From NCBI GenBank assembly GCA_035548315.1, contig DASZTF010000044.1, positions 159,615-223,614 on the forward strand: a DNA stretch of 64,000 bases, given 5' to 3'. Numbering within the stretch: the first letter of the stretch is position 1; every line of letters begins with the position of its first letter. The notes under the pieces were generated by a model. It was not told the origin of the DNA. It searched no databases and was given only the letters and a program-made list of their open reading frames with translations. Both the position numbers and the translations under genes were made by a program. This document shows, in pieces, positions 27,747-37,088 of the stretch. Source of the stretch: Minisyncoccota bacterium. GTDB lineage: Bacteria; Patescibacteriota; Minisyncoccia; Phycocordibacterales; Phycocordibacteraceae.

Positions 27747-29633
27747 TTATTTCTCGGTTGCTTCGGCGTCGATGGGGCCAGAAGCGTCTGGGGGCGGCTG
27801 TTGGCCGGCGTCACCTCCCTGCTGGCTCTGCTGGTCTTTCATCATCGCCTCGCCGATTTTGGAGAGTGACGACGACAGCGCTTCTGTTGCAGCCTTGATC
27901 TTCTCGAGGTCGTCAGCGTCTTTTACAGCCTTGAGGTCGCTGATCTTGGTCTGCACGTCTGCCACGACTTCTGCGCCAGCCTTCTCGCCATTGTCCTTCA
28001 CCGCCTTCTCGGCAGCGTAGATCATCTGGTCTGCCATGTTGCGCGCATCCACGAGTCCCTTGCGCTTCTCGTCTTCTGCAGCGTTCGCCTCGGCGTCCTT
28101 CTGCATGCGGTCGATGTCCTCCTTGGAGAGACCCGTCGAGCCCTCGATGCGGATCGACTGCTCTTTGCCAGTAGTCTTCTCCTTGGCCTTCACGGTGAGG
28201 ATGCCGTTGCTGTCGACGTCGAACGTCACTTCCACCTGCGGCATACCGCGTGGAGCCGGTGGAATACCGTCGAGCATGAACTTGCCGAGCGACTTATTAT
28301 CCGCGCTCATCGCGCGCTCGCCCTGCGTCACGTGGATCTCTACCGACGGCTGATTATCGGCGGCAGTCGAGAATATCTGCGAGCGGCTGGTCGGGATCGC
28401 GGTGTTGCGCTCGATGAGCTTGGTCGCCACGCCGCCCATCGTTTCAATAGCGAGAGAAAGCGGAATGACATCCACGAGGAGGATATCCTTCACATCGCCC
28501 TGGAAGATGCCGGCCTGTACGGCTGCGCCGAGCGCCACGACTTCATCCGGGTTCACGGAGAGGTTCGGCTTCTTGTTGAAGTACTTCTCTACTTCCGTCT
28601 GGATGAGCGGCATGCGGGTCTGGCCGCCCACGAGGATGACTTCATTGATATCCGCGACCTTAAACGGCGATGCCTCCATCGCGCGCTTGGTAATAGCAAT
28701 AGCGCGATCGACGAACTCGCGCGAGAGCTCTTCGAGCTGTGCACGCGTCATCTTGATCAACAAGTGCTGCGGGCCTGCATCCGTGGACGTAATAAAGGGA
28801 ATATTTACTTCCGTCTCCATCGCGGTCGAGAGCTCGATCTTTGCCTTCTCGGCTGCTTCATCGAGGCGCTGGCGCGCGAGCGCGTCGCCGCGCACATCCA
28901 CACCCGACTGCTTCTTAAATTCGTCGGCGAGCCAGTTGATTATTTTCTGGTCGAGGTCCTTGCCGCCCAAGTGTGCGTCGCCATCAGTGCTTCTCACCTC
29001 AACAACATCATCTCCGACCTCAAGAATAGAGATATCGAACGTACCACCCCCGAAGTCGAACACAGCGATCTTCTCTTCCTTCTTCTTATTGAATCCGTAT
29101 GCGAGCGCTGCTGCGGTCGGCTCATTGATGATGCGCTTCACGTCGAGGCCGGCGATCTTGCCCGCGTCCTTAGTGGCATTGCGCTGTGCGTCGTTAAAGT
29201 ATGCCGGCACAGTAATCACCGCCTCCGTGATCTTCTCGCCGAGCTTAGCTTCTGCATCCGCCTTGAGCTTAGAGAGAATCATCGCCGAGACTTCTTCCGG
29301 CGAATACCACTTGTCTCCCATCTTCACCTCGATGCCGCCGTTGCTTGCTTTACGCATTTCAAACGGCACGACTTCTTTGTCCTTCTGCACCGCGGGCTCG
29401 TCGAACGAGTGTCCGATGAAGCGCTTGATCTGGTAAATCGTATTGGTCGGGTTGGTCACCGACTGGCGTTTGGCGAGAGTGCCCACGATGCGCTCGCCAT
29501 TCTTCCCGACGGCGACGATGGACGGCGTCGTGCGCTGTCCTTCAGCGTTCTCGAGCACGCGCGGCTCACCGCCTTCGACGATCGCCATCGCGGAGTTGGT
29601 GGTACCGAGGTCAATTCCAAGAATCTTTGCCAT
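27747..29633 (-). CDS. dnaK: Chaperone DnaK (Hsp70)
   Basis: [20 protein letters not shown]...; full-length Hsp70 with a C-terminal acidic tail. Confidence 0.97.
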   Translation of the reverse strand: MAKILGIDLGTTNSAMAIVEGGEPRVLENAEGQRTTPSIVAVGKNGERIVGTLAKRQSVTNPTNTIYQIKRFIGHSFDEPAVQKDKEVVPFEMRKASNGGIEVKMGDKWYSPEEVSAMILSKLKADAEAKLGEKITEAVITVPAYFNDAQRNATKDAGKIAGLDVKRIINEPTAAALAYGFNKKKEEKIAVFDFGGGTFDISILEVGDDVVEVRSTDGDAHLGGKDLDQKIINWLADEFKKQSGVDVRGDALARQRLDEAAEKAKIELSTAMETEVNIPFITSTDAGPQHLLIKMTRAQLEELSREFVDRAIAITKRAMEASPFKVADINEVILVGGQTRMPLIQTEVEKYFNKKPNLSVNPDEVVALGAAVQAGIFQGDVKDILLVDVIPLSLAIETMGGVATKLIERNTAIPTSRSQIFSTAADNQPSVEIHVTQGERAMSADNKSLGKFMLDGIPPAPRGMPQVEVTFDVDSNGILTVKAKEKTTGKEQSIRIEGSTGLSKEDIDRMQKDAEANAAEDEKRKGLVDARNMADQMIYAAEKAVKDNGEKAGAEVVADVQTKISDLKAVKDADDLEKIKAATEALSSSLSKIGEAMMKDQQSQQGGDAGQQPPPDASGPIDAEATEK

Positions 29634-29689
29634 AGTGAAAGTCGATTGAGTTAATAAGTTATCCTATTTTACAAAAACTGATATCTATC

Positions 29690-29775
29690 GCGCAAGTCGC
29701 TCCGCAATATGCTGCCCTCGGGAGCGCTCAGGCCGCTAGGCCAATTCAACTCCCTCGAACAGCATATTGCTACGC
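29690..29775 (-). promoter_or_regulatory. Structured grpE-dnaK intergenic element: 11-bp perfect inverted repeat enclosing nested palindromes, followed by a U-tract; low GC
   Basis: GCAATATGCTG ... (GGGAG/CTCCC, GGCC-gcta-GGCC) ... CAGCATATTGC, then CAGUUUUUGU on the mRNA. Confidence 0.4.
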
Positions 29776-30516
29776 TTATGCGAAGTGGCCGACGCGTACC
29801 TTGGCCGGCCGGATCACCCGGTCACCCTGCTTCCAGCCCTTCTCGAGTACGGCCGTGACGGTGTCATCTTTCGCCTTATCGTCCACCGCGTCCTGGCCGT
29901 ACGCCTCGTGGAGATTCGGGTCGAATGCCTCGCCCAATTCACCCACGGCTACGAGCCCAAGCGATCCAAACGCGGCCTCAAGTTGTTTAACAATAGCCTG
30001 GAAGCCCTCGGGAATATCGCCGTGCTCCTTCGCGCGCTCGATAGCGTCGTATGCGGGGAGAAGCGCCTCGACGGCCTTCGTCACACCTGCTTCCCTTGCA
30101 TTCTTTGCATCTACTTCAGAGCGCTTCAAGAGGTTTACATAATCAGCCTTGGCGCGCTGCCAACCGTCCATGTTCTCCTGCTTCTCTTTCTTCACCTGTG
30201 CGAGCTCGTCCTTGAGCTTCTTTATCCGTGTTTCGGCTGAGGCCTCAACATCTTCAACTTCGGGCTCAGTGCCCTCGTCTTCGACCCTCGCATCTATCTC
30301 AAATTCATCGCTATAGTCTCCTTTTGGCATTTCCTCAGTATGCAGAAAATCACAATCCGCGTCAAAGAGAAGAGGCCGATGCGCAGGATCCCAACGCGCA
30401 TCGGCCTCAACAGGAGGAACTCTCCACTTCCGCCCCACACCGCACGTGATTCTCTCAATCATGGTGTGATAGTGAAATGAAGCTGCATGCACTGGTACCG
30501 GACCGCCCAATGGCAA
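29776..30516 (-). CDS. grpE: Nucleotide exchange factor GrpE
   Basis: C-terminal GrpE fold (DGWQRAKADYVNLLKRSE...FDPNLHEA...GWKQGDRVIRPAKVRV). Probable start at MPKGDYSDEF (30330); the track ORF is N-terminally over-extended. Confidence 0.9.
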   Translation of the reverse strand: MPLGGPVPVHAASFHYHTMIERITCGVGRKWRVPPVEADARWDPAHRPLLFDADCDFLHTEEMPKGDYSDEFEIDARVEDEGTEPEVEDVEASAETRIKKLKDELAQVKKEKQENMDGWQRAKADYVNLLKRSEVDAKNAREAGVTKAVEALLPAYDAIERAKEHGDIPEGFQAIVKQLEAAFGSLGLVAVGELGEAFDPNLHEAYGQDAVDDKAKDDTVTAVLEKGWKQGDRVIRPAKVRVGHFA

Positions 30517-30584
30517 TCAAGCGGCTTTTCCCTCGCGCTAGCTCCTGTGAACTGAAACTTCCTAATCGGCACCCTACCACAGAA

Positions 30585-30618
30585 AAAACAAACCACCGAG
30601 AGGCGGTTTGTTTTGGCA
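30585..30618 (-). terminator. Rho-independent terminator after rpsI
   Basis: Minus strand: caaaccgcc-tctc-ggtggtttg then TTTTTTC. Confidence 0.7.
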
Positions 30619-30619
30619 T

Positions 30620-31030
30620 CTAACGCTTACTCCACTGCTTGCGCTTGCGGGCGCCGACGAGGCCCGGCTTCTTGCGTTCCTTGGCGCGCGGGTCGCGCTT
30701 CAGGAATCCAGCCTTCTTGAGGGTGGTGCGGGTGCCGCCATTCACCTCCACCGCTGCGCGGGCGATGGCCATCCGTACTGCATCAGCTTGAGCCGACTTG
30801 CCGCCGCCCTTCACCTTCGCGGATACCGCGTAGGTCTCGTTGAGCTCGGCGAGTTTGAGCGCCTCTTCAGCGACGAGCGCGCGTTCTGCCGTATGGAAGT
30901 AGTCCTTCGCCGGCATGCCGTTCACCGTCACGCTTGCCTTGCCCGCCTTCTCGAGGCGGACGCTCGCGATTGCGGTCTTACGGCGCCCTACTGCTGCGAT
31001 GTATTTGGTATCTGACATATTAATCTTCAA
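30620..31030 (-). CDS. rpsI: 30S ribosomal protein S9
   Basis: C-terminal ...LKKAGFLKRDPRAKERKKPGLVGARKRKQWSKR. Confidence 0.95.
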   Translation of the reverse strand: MKINMSDTKYIAAVGRRKTAIASVRLEKAGKASVTVNGMPAKDYFHTAERALVAEEALKLAELNETYAVSAKVKGGGKSAQADAVRMAIARAAVEVNGGTRTTLKKAGFLKRDPRAKERKKPGLVGARKRKQWSKR

Positions 31031-31373
31031 TCTTAAGACGCTTCATGCGTTCCTTGCGGAGCTTGTTGCGCGGGATCATACCGTCCACGGTCTTGCGCAG
31101 CACTTCTGCCACACCCTTCTTCTGCATGAGCTCCTTCATGCTGACCTCGCGGAGACCTCCTGGGAATCCGGTGTAGCGCGTGTAGACCTTCCCTGCGGCG
31201 CGCTTCGCGCTGATCGACATCTTGGAAGCATTCGTCACGACGACCTCGATATCGGGCACGATGTTGCGCACGAAGTCTGCCGACTTCTTGCCCTGGAGCG
31301 TCTGCGCTGCTTCAGACGCGACGCGTCCGAGCGTGCGACCTGCTGCATCGATAGTGAAAGTTTTAGTAGCCAT
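31020..31373 (-). CDS. rplM: 50S ribosomal protein L13 (short form)
   Basis: MATKTFTIDAAGRTLGRVASEAAQTLQGKK... is an L13 N-terminus; 117 aa. Confidence 0.9.
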   Translation of the reverse strand: MATKTFTIDAAGRTLGRVASEAAQTLQGKKSADFVRNIVPDIEVVVTNASKMSISAKRAAGKVYTRYTGFPGGLREVSMKELMQKKGVAEVLRKTVDGMIPRNKLRKERMKRLKIED

Positions 31374-31377
31374 AGGT

Positions 31378-31731
31378 TTAGACGAAAGCGATGTACGCGA
31401 GCTTGCGCGCGTCGTTTGCGCCGCGAGCCGTGCGCTTCACAATGCGGGTGTAGCCACCGGCGCGCTTTGCGTAGCGCGGACCAATCGCCGTGAAGAGCTT
31501 CTTCGTGGCTGCGGCGTCGTTAAGGCGCGAGGTCACTACGCGGCGATTCGCCACCGTGTCTGCCTTCGCGCGGGTCACAAGCTTCTCCACGAATGGGCGG
31601 AGCTCCTTCGCCTTTGCTTCGGTGGTCGAGATACGCTCGTGAAGAACGAGGGAACGCGCCAAGCTGCGCAGGAGTGCGTCTCGCTGTGCTTTGGTACGTC
31701 CCAGGGTCCGGCCTTTGTGATGATGGCGCAT
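31378..31731 (-). CDS. rplQ: 50S ribosomal protein L17
   Basis: MRHHHKGRTLGRTKAQRDALLRSLARSLVLHERISTTEAKAKELRPFVEKL. Confidence 0.95.
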   Translation of the reverse strand: MRHHHKGRTLGRTKAQRDALLRSLARSLVLHERISTTEAKAKELRPFVEKLVTRAKADTVANRRVVTSRLNDAAATKKLFTAIGPRYAKRAGGYTRIVKRTARGANDARKLAYIAFV

Positions 31732-31754
31732 ACGTGTTTCTCGACTCTACCCTA

Positions 31755-32708
31755 TTATTCCGCTTTAAGCGAGAGCCCGATTGATTTGAGCGCGTCTTCG
31801 ATCTCACCGACTGCTTTGTCGCCGATGCCGTCGAGCTCCTTGAGCGCCGACGCGGTTTTGCGCGTGAGGCCAGCTGCGGTCTTCACGCCCGCGTCCTCGA
31901 GTGCGCCCGCGACGCGGGTCGGGAGGCCGAGCTCGGATACCTTGGTCTTTGCAGCGTCCTTCTCTTCTGCATCGTCAGCAGCATCCATAGCTGCTGCCGG
32001 TGCGTTCGACATCATCGTCTCCTCCTGGAAGCCGACGACTGCCTTGAGCTGGTGGATCATGATCTCGATCGACTGCTCGAGCGCTTCGCGCGGGCTGAGT
32101 GCGCCGTTGGTCTCGATGAGGATGCGCAGACGGTTGAAGTCCGTGCGGTCACCGACGCGCATGTTCTCTACTTCGTAGTTCACACGGCGGATCGGCGTGA
32201 ACGTCGCATCGAGCGCGATCGTACCGATGTCCACCTTCTCTTTGGTAAGCGTCTCGCGCGGCACATAGCCCAAACCGCGCTCGATCGTAGCTTCAAGTTC
32301 AAGGGCGACCTTGCCCGAGAGATCAGCGAGATGCACCTCCGGATTCTTGATTTCCACCTGGCTCGGGAGCTTGAGGTCGGCAGCGGTGACTTCCTTCGGG
32401 CCCTTTGCGGAAAGTGTAATGGTCTGCGGCTCATCGCCGTGGAGGACGAAGTTCACGCGCTTCAAGTTAAGCAAAAGCCCCATGACGTTCTCGCGTACGC
32501 CCTCGATGGTAGCGAATTCATGCGGGACGCCGTCGATCTTGACCTGCGTAATAGCCGCGCCGGGAAGCGAGGAAAGGATAATGCGGCGGAGGCTGTTGCC
32601 GAGCGTCTGCCCGTAGCCCGGGTAGAGCGCGTCGATTTCATAAATACCCTGCATGCCCTCTTCAGAAACAACGCGAGGCTTAGACGGAAGTGTGATGTGG
32701 TATTCCAT
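31755..32708 (-). CDS. rpoA: DNA-directed RNA polymerase alpha subunit
   Basis: NTD GNSLRRIILSSLPGAAIT; CTD with helix-hairpin-helix. Confidence 0.95.
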   Translation of the reverse strand: MEYHITLPSKPRVVSEEGMQGIYEIDALYPGYGQTLGNSLRRIILSSLPGAAITQVKIDGVPHEFATIEGVRENVMGLLLNLKRVNFVLHGDEPQTITLSAKGPKEVTAADLKLPSQVEIKNPEVHLADLSGKVALELEATIERGLGYVPRETLTKEKVDIGTIALDATFTPIRRVNYEVENMRVGDRTDFNRLRILIETNGALSPREALEQSIEIMIHQLKAVVGFQEETMMSNAPAAAMDAADDAEEKDAAKTKVSELGLPTRVAGALEDAGVKTAAGLTRKTASALKELDGIGDKAVGEIEDALKSIGLSLKAE

Positions 32709-32746
32709 AACTCAATCAGTGTTACCAGTGAATAAGTAAATACGAA

Positions 32747-33358
32747 TTAACGGCTGTAGAACGAGAGCACGGCCGCGAGGTCGCCTGCCGGATCAGCAGA
32801 CGCCGAGTTCGGCATATCTGCGATACCGCCCTGCATTCCCTTGGCATCCCAGCGGAGCCAGGACGCGAGCGGGCGCTCTGCGAAGCGATCGCCGAAGCCC
32901 TCGTACATCGCGCTCGACTTGCTGCCGTCGCGCACCGCGATCGTGTCACCCGCGTGGATACGCTGCGACGGAATCGTGGTCTTCTTGCCGTTCACCATGA
33001 TGTGTCCGTGGGACACCATCTGGCGGGCTGCGCGGCGGGTCTTCGCAAGCCCGAGGCGGTACACGATCGAGTCGAGGCGAAGCTCGAGGAGGCGGTGGAG
33101 GGTCTCGGTCGGGTTGGTCCCATGCTGCGCGAGGGCTTCCTTCACGTAATTGGCAAACTGCTTCTCCGAGAGGCCGTAGGTAAGGCGCACCTTCTGCTTT
33201 TCAAGAAGCTGCTTGCCGAACTCGGACGCGCCGCGCGGGCGACCCTTCTTGTTCATCGCCTTGCGGTCTGCGGAGAGCGCAAATTTCTGCGACTGCGTCT
33301 TTTCAAAGACGGTAGGGCCGAGGCGGCGAGCGATCTTGTACTTAGGTCCAGTTTTCAT
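32747..33358 (-). CDS. rpsD: 30S ribosomal protein S4
   Basis: [14 protein letters not shown]...; S4 RNA-binding domain. Confidence 0.95.
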   Translation of the reverse strand: MKTGPKYKIARRLGPTVFEKTQSQKFALSADRKAMNKKGRPRGASEFGKQLLEKQKVRLTYGLSEKQFANYVKEALAQHGTNPTETLHRLLELRLDSIVYRLGLAKTRRAARQMVSHGHIMVNGKKTTIPSQRIHAGDTIAVRDGSKSSAMYEGFGDRFAERPLASWLRWDAKGMQGGIADMPNSASADPAGDLAAVLSFYSR

Positions 33359-33376
33359 AGTAGTAAAGAGAAAAGA

Positions 33377-33811
33377 TTAGACGCGACGCGGCTTCGGCGG
33401 GCGCGGGCCGTTGTGCGGTACGGGGGTAGCGTCCTTGATCGCACGGATCTGGATACCCTTACCGGCGAAAGCGCGGAGCGCAGACTCGCGGCCAGCACCC
33501 ACGCCGCGGATGATGACCGAAGCTTCCTTAAGACCCACGATGCTGCCCTTCTCGCCGAGGAGCTCGCCCACCTTAGCGGCAGCGTACGGGGTCGATTTGC
33601 GAGCGCCGGTGAATCCGAGTGCGCCTGCCGAGCTCGACATAATGGCGTTACCCTTCTCGTCCGTGAGAACGGCCTTCGTATTATTGAAGGTAGCTTCAAT
33701 ATGAAGGATGCCACGCTCCACGCGCTTCTTAGAGGACTTTGCGAGTGCGCGCTCTTTGCGGCCCTGGTCGAGTCCCTTTCCTGACTTCTTGATGATGCGT
33801 TTCTTTCCCAT
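33377..33811 (-). CDS. rpsK: 30S ribosomal protein S11
   Basis: GILHIEATFNNTKAVLTDEKGNAIMSSSAGALGFTGARKSTPYAA. Confidence 0.95.
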   Translation of the reverse strand: MGKKRIIKKSGKGLDQGRKERALAKSSKKRVERGILHIEATFNNTKAVLTDEKGNAIMSSSAGALGFTGARKSTPYAAAKVGELLGEKGSIVGLKEASVIIRGVGAGRESALRAFAGKGIQIRAIKDATPVPHNGPRPPKPRRV

Positions 33812-33835
33812 AGGTAAATTAAGTAATGGTCAGGA

Positions 33836-34216
33836 TTATGTCTTCTCAAGCGTACGGCGACCGCTACCCATGGTCTTGCGTACGTTACCGCGGCGCGTGC
33901 GGGAGTTGGTCTTGGTGCGCTGGTTGCGTACCGGGAGACCGCGCTCGTGGCGGTTACCGCGCCAGGACTTGATGTCCTTGAGGCGCTTCACGTTCTGGCC
34001 GATCTCGCGGCGGAGATCTCCCTCGATCGTGTATGCCTCTGCGAGCGAGCGGATCTTCTGCTCTTCGTCAGGCGAGAGTTCAGAACCCTTCTTGGTGAAT
34101 GGGACGCCTGCTTCTTTCAGGATGAGCTTGGCGCGCGTGTAGCCGATGCCGTAGATGATCGGCAACGTGTACGAGAGCTGCTTGTCGTCAGGAAGGGTGA
34201 CACCGGCGATACGCAT
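33836..34216 (-). CDS. rpsM: 30S ribosomal protein S13
   Basis: MRIAGVTLPDDKQLSYTLPIIYGIGYTRAKLIL. Confidence 0.95.
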   Translation of the reverse strand: MRIAGVTLPDDKQLSYTLPIIYGIGYTRAKLILKEAGVPFTKKGSELSPDEEQKIRSLAEAYTIEGDLRREIGQNVKRLKDIKSWRGNRHERGLPVRNQRTKTNSRTRRGNVRKTMGSGRRTLEKT

Positions 34217-34241
34217 AGGGAAATTGAGTACTAAAATAAAA

Positions 34242-34358
34242 TTAACCCTGGCGAGCCTTACGACGCGGGTTCTTTTTGTTAATGCGGTACAAACGGCCTT
34301 TGCGGCGGACGATGATGTCCCCCGGCTGCTGTACCTTGATCGATGCGCGGACTTTCAT
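34242..34358 (-). CDS. rpmJ: 50S ribosomal protein L36, cysteine-less (zinc-independent) variant; not in ORF track
   Basis: Manual translation: [38 protein letters not shown], 38 aa. Canonical position between infA and rpsM. Confidence 0.8.
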   Translation of the reverse strand: MKVRASIKVQQPGDIIVRRKGRLYRINKKNPRRKARQG

Positions 34359-34366
34359 GAGGTAAA

Positions 34367-34600
34367 TTAGAGGCGCTTCACGATGCGGGCGCGGCCGCCG
34401 TAGGGATCGGTGATAAGTTCCACCGAATCTCCCACGAGTACGCGAATGCGGTGCAACCGCATCTTCCCGGCCAGATAGCTAAGTACGAGCTCGCCATCCT
34501 CCTTCCCCTCGCCCGGTTCAAGCCGGACACGGAAAAGAGAATTAGGCAAGACCTCCTCGACGACTCCTGTCGCTGTGTTCTTCGAACCGCTATCCTCCAT
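34367..34600 (-). CDS. infA: Translation initiation factor IF-1
   Basis: [56 protein letters not shown] is an S1-like OB fold. Confidence 0.95.
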   Translation of the reverse strand: MEDSGSKNTATGVVEEVLPNSLFRVRLEPGEGKEDGELVLSYLAGKMRLHRIRVLVGDSVELITDPYGGRARIVKRL

Positions 34601-34667
34601 GTGAAGCGTTCATTATGATATCAGGCTGGCTAAAAGTCGTCAAATTGCGGGGCGAAATCCTTCCGAC

Positions 34668-35939
34668 TTAGGGGGTCTCGACGGTTACGGTGATATCACC
34701 CGGGTCAGACGGGTACGAGCCCTTCCAGAATGGGCGTAGGGTAAGTACAGCCCGTCCTACCTCCGGGAAGCCGGTCAGCACAGAAAGTGCCGAAGCGCGG
34801 GACTTCCCTGCGACCGCCCCAGCGATCTTGGTCGGGTCGACCTTCCAGACTACCGTGGCATTCCCCGAGAGCGTGAAGCTAAAGCTCGAATTAGCAGCCG
34901 GCGTGGTAGACCCCGTGCCCGCGAGTGCGAGACCCGAGACATCCTTGAGGCTAATCGGTTGGCCATTGTACTGCTGCCCCACCACCTGCGTGGCGACAAT
35001 GCGCGAGATTGCATCCGCCGGGAATATCACTGCCGTGGCCGTGGCCTGTTCCTTCACGAGTACGTTGCCACTTGTGTCTCCCGCATCAGGAAGCGGGACA
35101 TAGGTCACAAAGATGCTGCCCGGAATAAGTACGTAGCCATCCGGAACTTGTGGCGCGACTTCCCCCGTCATCTGACCCGAGAGCGTGGCCTGAAGTTTCG
35201 CGTGCTCGGCATCGTCGGTGGCCTGACCGACTGACGGGCGCGTGCCCGAGAAGCCGCCGGTGAATGCTTCGGTCGACTTAGCATAGACCTGGGTAGCCTG
35301 TGGGGTACCCGAGAGGCCAGGAAGCGTGAACGAAGACGGGCCGATGTTGTACTCCTCACCTGGGGAGTCTGCATAGACGGTAACGTTCAGGGTGCCTGGG
35401 CTGACGGCGCTGCCTGCTGGGACTGTCACGGACTGATGGATGCGGAAGATAAGGCCTGCGGAAGTCTCAAAGCGTGTGTTGTTGATAAGCGGCTGCGCCT
35501 TGGACTGGGTGTTGTAGATCGTGATCGTACCCTGCGCGGCGTCGTTTGCCGTCACGGTGCTCTCTGCCGGGACGCTTTCGGAGGCGACCTTCTGCACGGT
35601 CACCAGCTGGAATGGGATGTCGCCCGTGCTTGGGGTCGCGGTGTAGGTGCCGGTCACCGTACCGGTGTTAGTCGTCGGGAATACGTCTACTTTCGCACTG
35701 CCGAAGAGCGCGAGCGCGCCCACAGCAAGAATGACCACAATAATTGCCACGATAGCAGTACCCCAGGGGAACTTACGGCGCGGGCGGATATAGAGCGGTC
35801 GCTGCGGCGGCGGAGGCGGGAAATTTCCGGAATCCTGCTGTGGCAGCATGGGATCACCCATGGGACGGCGGCGGGAGGGCGGGACGATGTCGGTGATGGT
35901 ACGCGGCATAGGTAGTAAGTTAATAGCGAATTTCCGCAA
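34668..35939 (-). CDS. Membrane-anchored Thr/Ser/Gly-rich extracytoplasmic protein, unknown function (possibly PilN/O-like partner of the upstream ATPase)
   Basis: Pro-rich cytoplasmic N-terminus, single TM helix (AIVAIIVVILAVGALALF), and a large beta-rich ectodomain; starts 5 nt after the upstream gene. Confidence 0.55.
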   Translation of the reverse strand: MRKFAINLLPMPRTITDIVPPSRRRPMGDPMLPQQDSGNFPPPPPQRPLYIRPRRKFPWGTAIVAIIVVILAVGALALFGSAKVDVFPTTNTGTVTGTYTATPSTGDIPFQLVTVQKVASESVPAESTVTANDAAQGTITIYNTQSKAQPLINNTRFETSAGLIFRIHQSVTVPAGSAVSPGTLNVTVYADSPGEEYNIGPSSFTLPGLSGTPQATQVYAKSTEAFTGGFSGTRPSVGQATDDAEHAKLQATLSGQMTGEVAPQVPDGYVLIPGSIFVTYVPLPDAGDTSGNVLVKEQATATAVIFPADAISRIVATQVVGQQYNGQPISLKDVSGLALAGTGSTTPAANSSFSFTLSGNATVVWKVDPTKIAGAVAGKSRASALSVLTGFPEVGRAVLTLRPFWKGSYPSDPGDITVTVETP

Positions 35940-35944
35940 TTATA

Positions 35945-37084
35945 TCATGCAGTGATCTCGTCAAGCGGTTTCGCGTGGAATAGCGCGAGCATCATGAGAG
36001 TCACGTCGGCCTCCGCTTCAGGCCCCACACCCACATACGGGGAGAACTGGCCGGTCGTGACGGCAGCAATCGTGAGCGGCTCGTCGGAGAGCCAGAGCTG
36101 GCGCAGTGCCGCATCGTCGAGCGCCCGGCGCAGATACTCGCGTGCGTCATCATCCGCGACAAGAAACAGTGTACGTGGAAGCGCGTACTCACTCGAAAGC
36201 TGTCTGAGCGCGGCGGCAATGCCGTTCATCCAATCGGAGCGCGTCATGGAAGTGCCTGCCGCCGCGGCGTTCTTCACCAGGTGGATACCGTGCTCGGTGG
36301 CTATGGCATCGCTCATGCGGGGCACATGCGCGTGGGTGAGGTGCCCCACGCCAAGCGGCACTGCCGTCACCGCTGAAAGGAGTCCTTGACGCACAAGCGC
36401 TATTTCAGTAGCAGCACTTGCGACGTCAAACACAATAAACTGCCGTTCGTGCGGGTAGATATCGCGGAATACGGCGAAGGCGCACGGCGCAAATGCCGTG
36501 AAGCGGATCGTATGGGCGTGGAAGGCCTTACGGAGAGCGGTGGTGATGCCGTCGGCTACCGGGCGCGGTAGCGAGCTCCCGAGCACGACAAACTCGGCGC
36601 GGCGGACCTTTTGCCCAAAGGGGTTGCTCGACTCGTAACCGTTGAGGATCGTGGATATAACTGCCTCTGCAGCAGTTACGCGGTCGCCCTCCCCTCCCGC
36701 GCTGCGCGCCACAGACTCGCGCATGAGCGCTCGGGTGACGGTGAATGGTTCCTTCTTCTCGACACGCTCGATCCGTACCGAGCTCTCTTGCCATGGGGCC
36801 GATACCGAGACGAATGCCTCCGTAATGGAAATGTGGCCGGTCGCTCGTTTCAACACCGGGATGCCACGAGTAATGAGGAGCTCGGAAAGCTCGGTGAGCG
36901 CGCGGAGCATCGCCGCAGTAAGGTCCTCGCCCTCATGAGGGCGGATGGACGTGCGTGCAGAATAATGCAGGACTGGTTTCCCTTTTATCATAGAGACATA
37001 CGCGCCGGCGACGGAGCCAGAGCTCACATCGATCAAAAGCGCCGCTGCATCAGCAGGTTTCTTAAATAACCCCAAAAGACCCAT
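35945..37084 (-). CDS. Actin-fold (ASKHA) ATPase, FtsA/PilM-like
   Basis: N-terminal phosphate-1-like motif (ALLIDVSSGSVAGAYVSM); 379 aa; translationally coupled to the downstream membrane protein. Confidence 0.45.
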   Translation of the reverse strand: MGLLGLFKKPADAAALLIDVSSGSVAGAYVSMIKGKPVLHYSARTSIRPHEGEDLTAAMLRALTELSELLITRGIPVLKRATGHISITEAFVSVSAPWQESSVRIERVEKKEPFTVTRALMRESVARSAGGEGDRVTAAEAVISTILNGYESSNPFGQKVRRAEFVVLGSSLPRPVADGITTALRKAFHAHTIRFTAFAPCAFAVFRDIYPHERQFIVFDVASAATEIALVRQGLLSAVTAVPLGVGHLTHAHVPRMSDAIATEHGIHLVKNAAAAGTSMTRSDWMNGIAAALRQLSSEYALPRTLFLVADDDAREYLRRALDDAALRQLWLSDEPLTIAAVTTGQFSPYVGVGPEAEADVTLMMLALFHAKPLDEITA

Positions 37085-37088
37085 GCAG

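Noticed and set aside
28332-29654. 440-aa plus-strand ORF (and the 344-aa ORF at 28402)
   Set aside because: Entirely antisense to dnaK, which is unambiguous.
30331-30585. Search for CIRCE (HrcA) or HAIR (HspR) operators upstream of grpE
   Set aside because: No match to TTAGCACTC-N9-GAGTGCTAA or CTTGAGT-N7-ACTCAAG found; no hrcA/hspR gene in the window.
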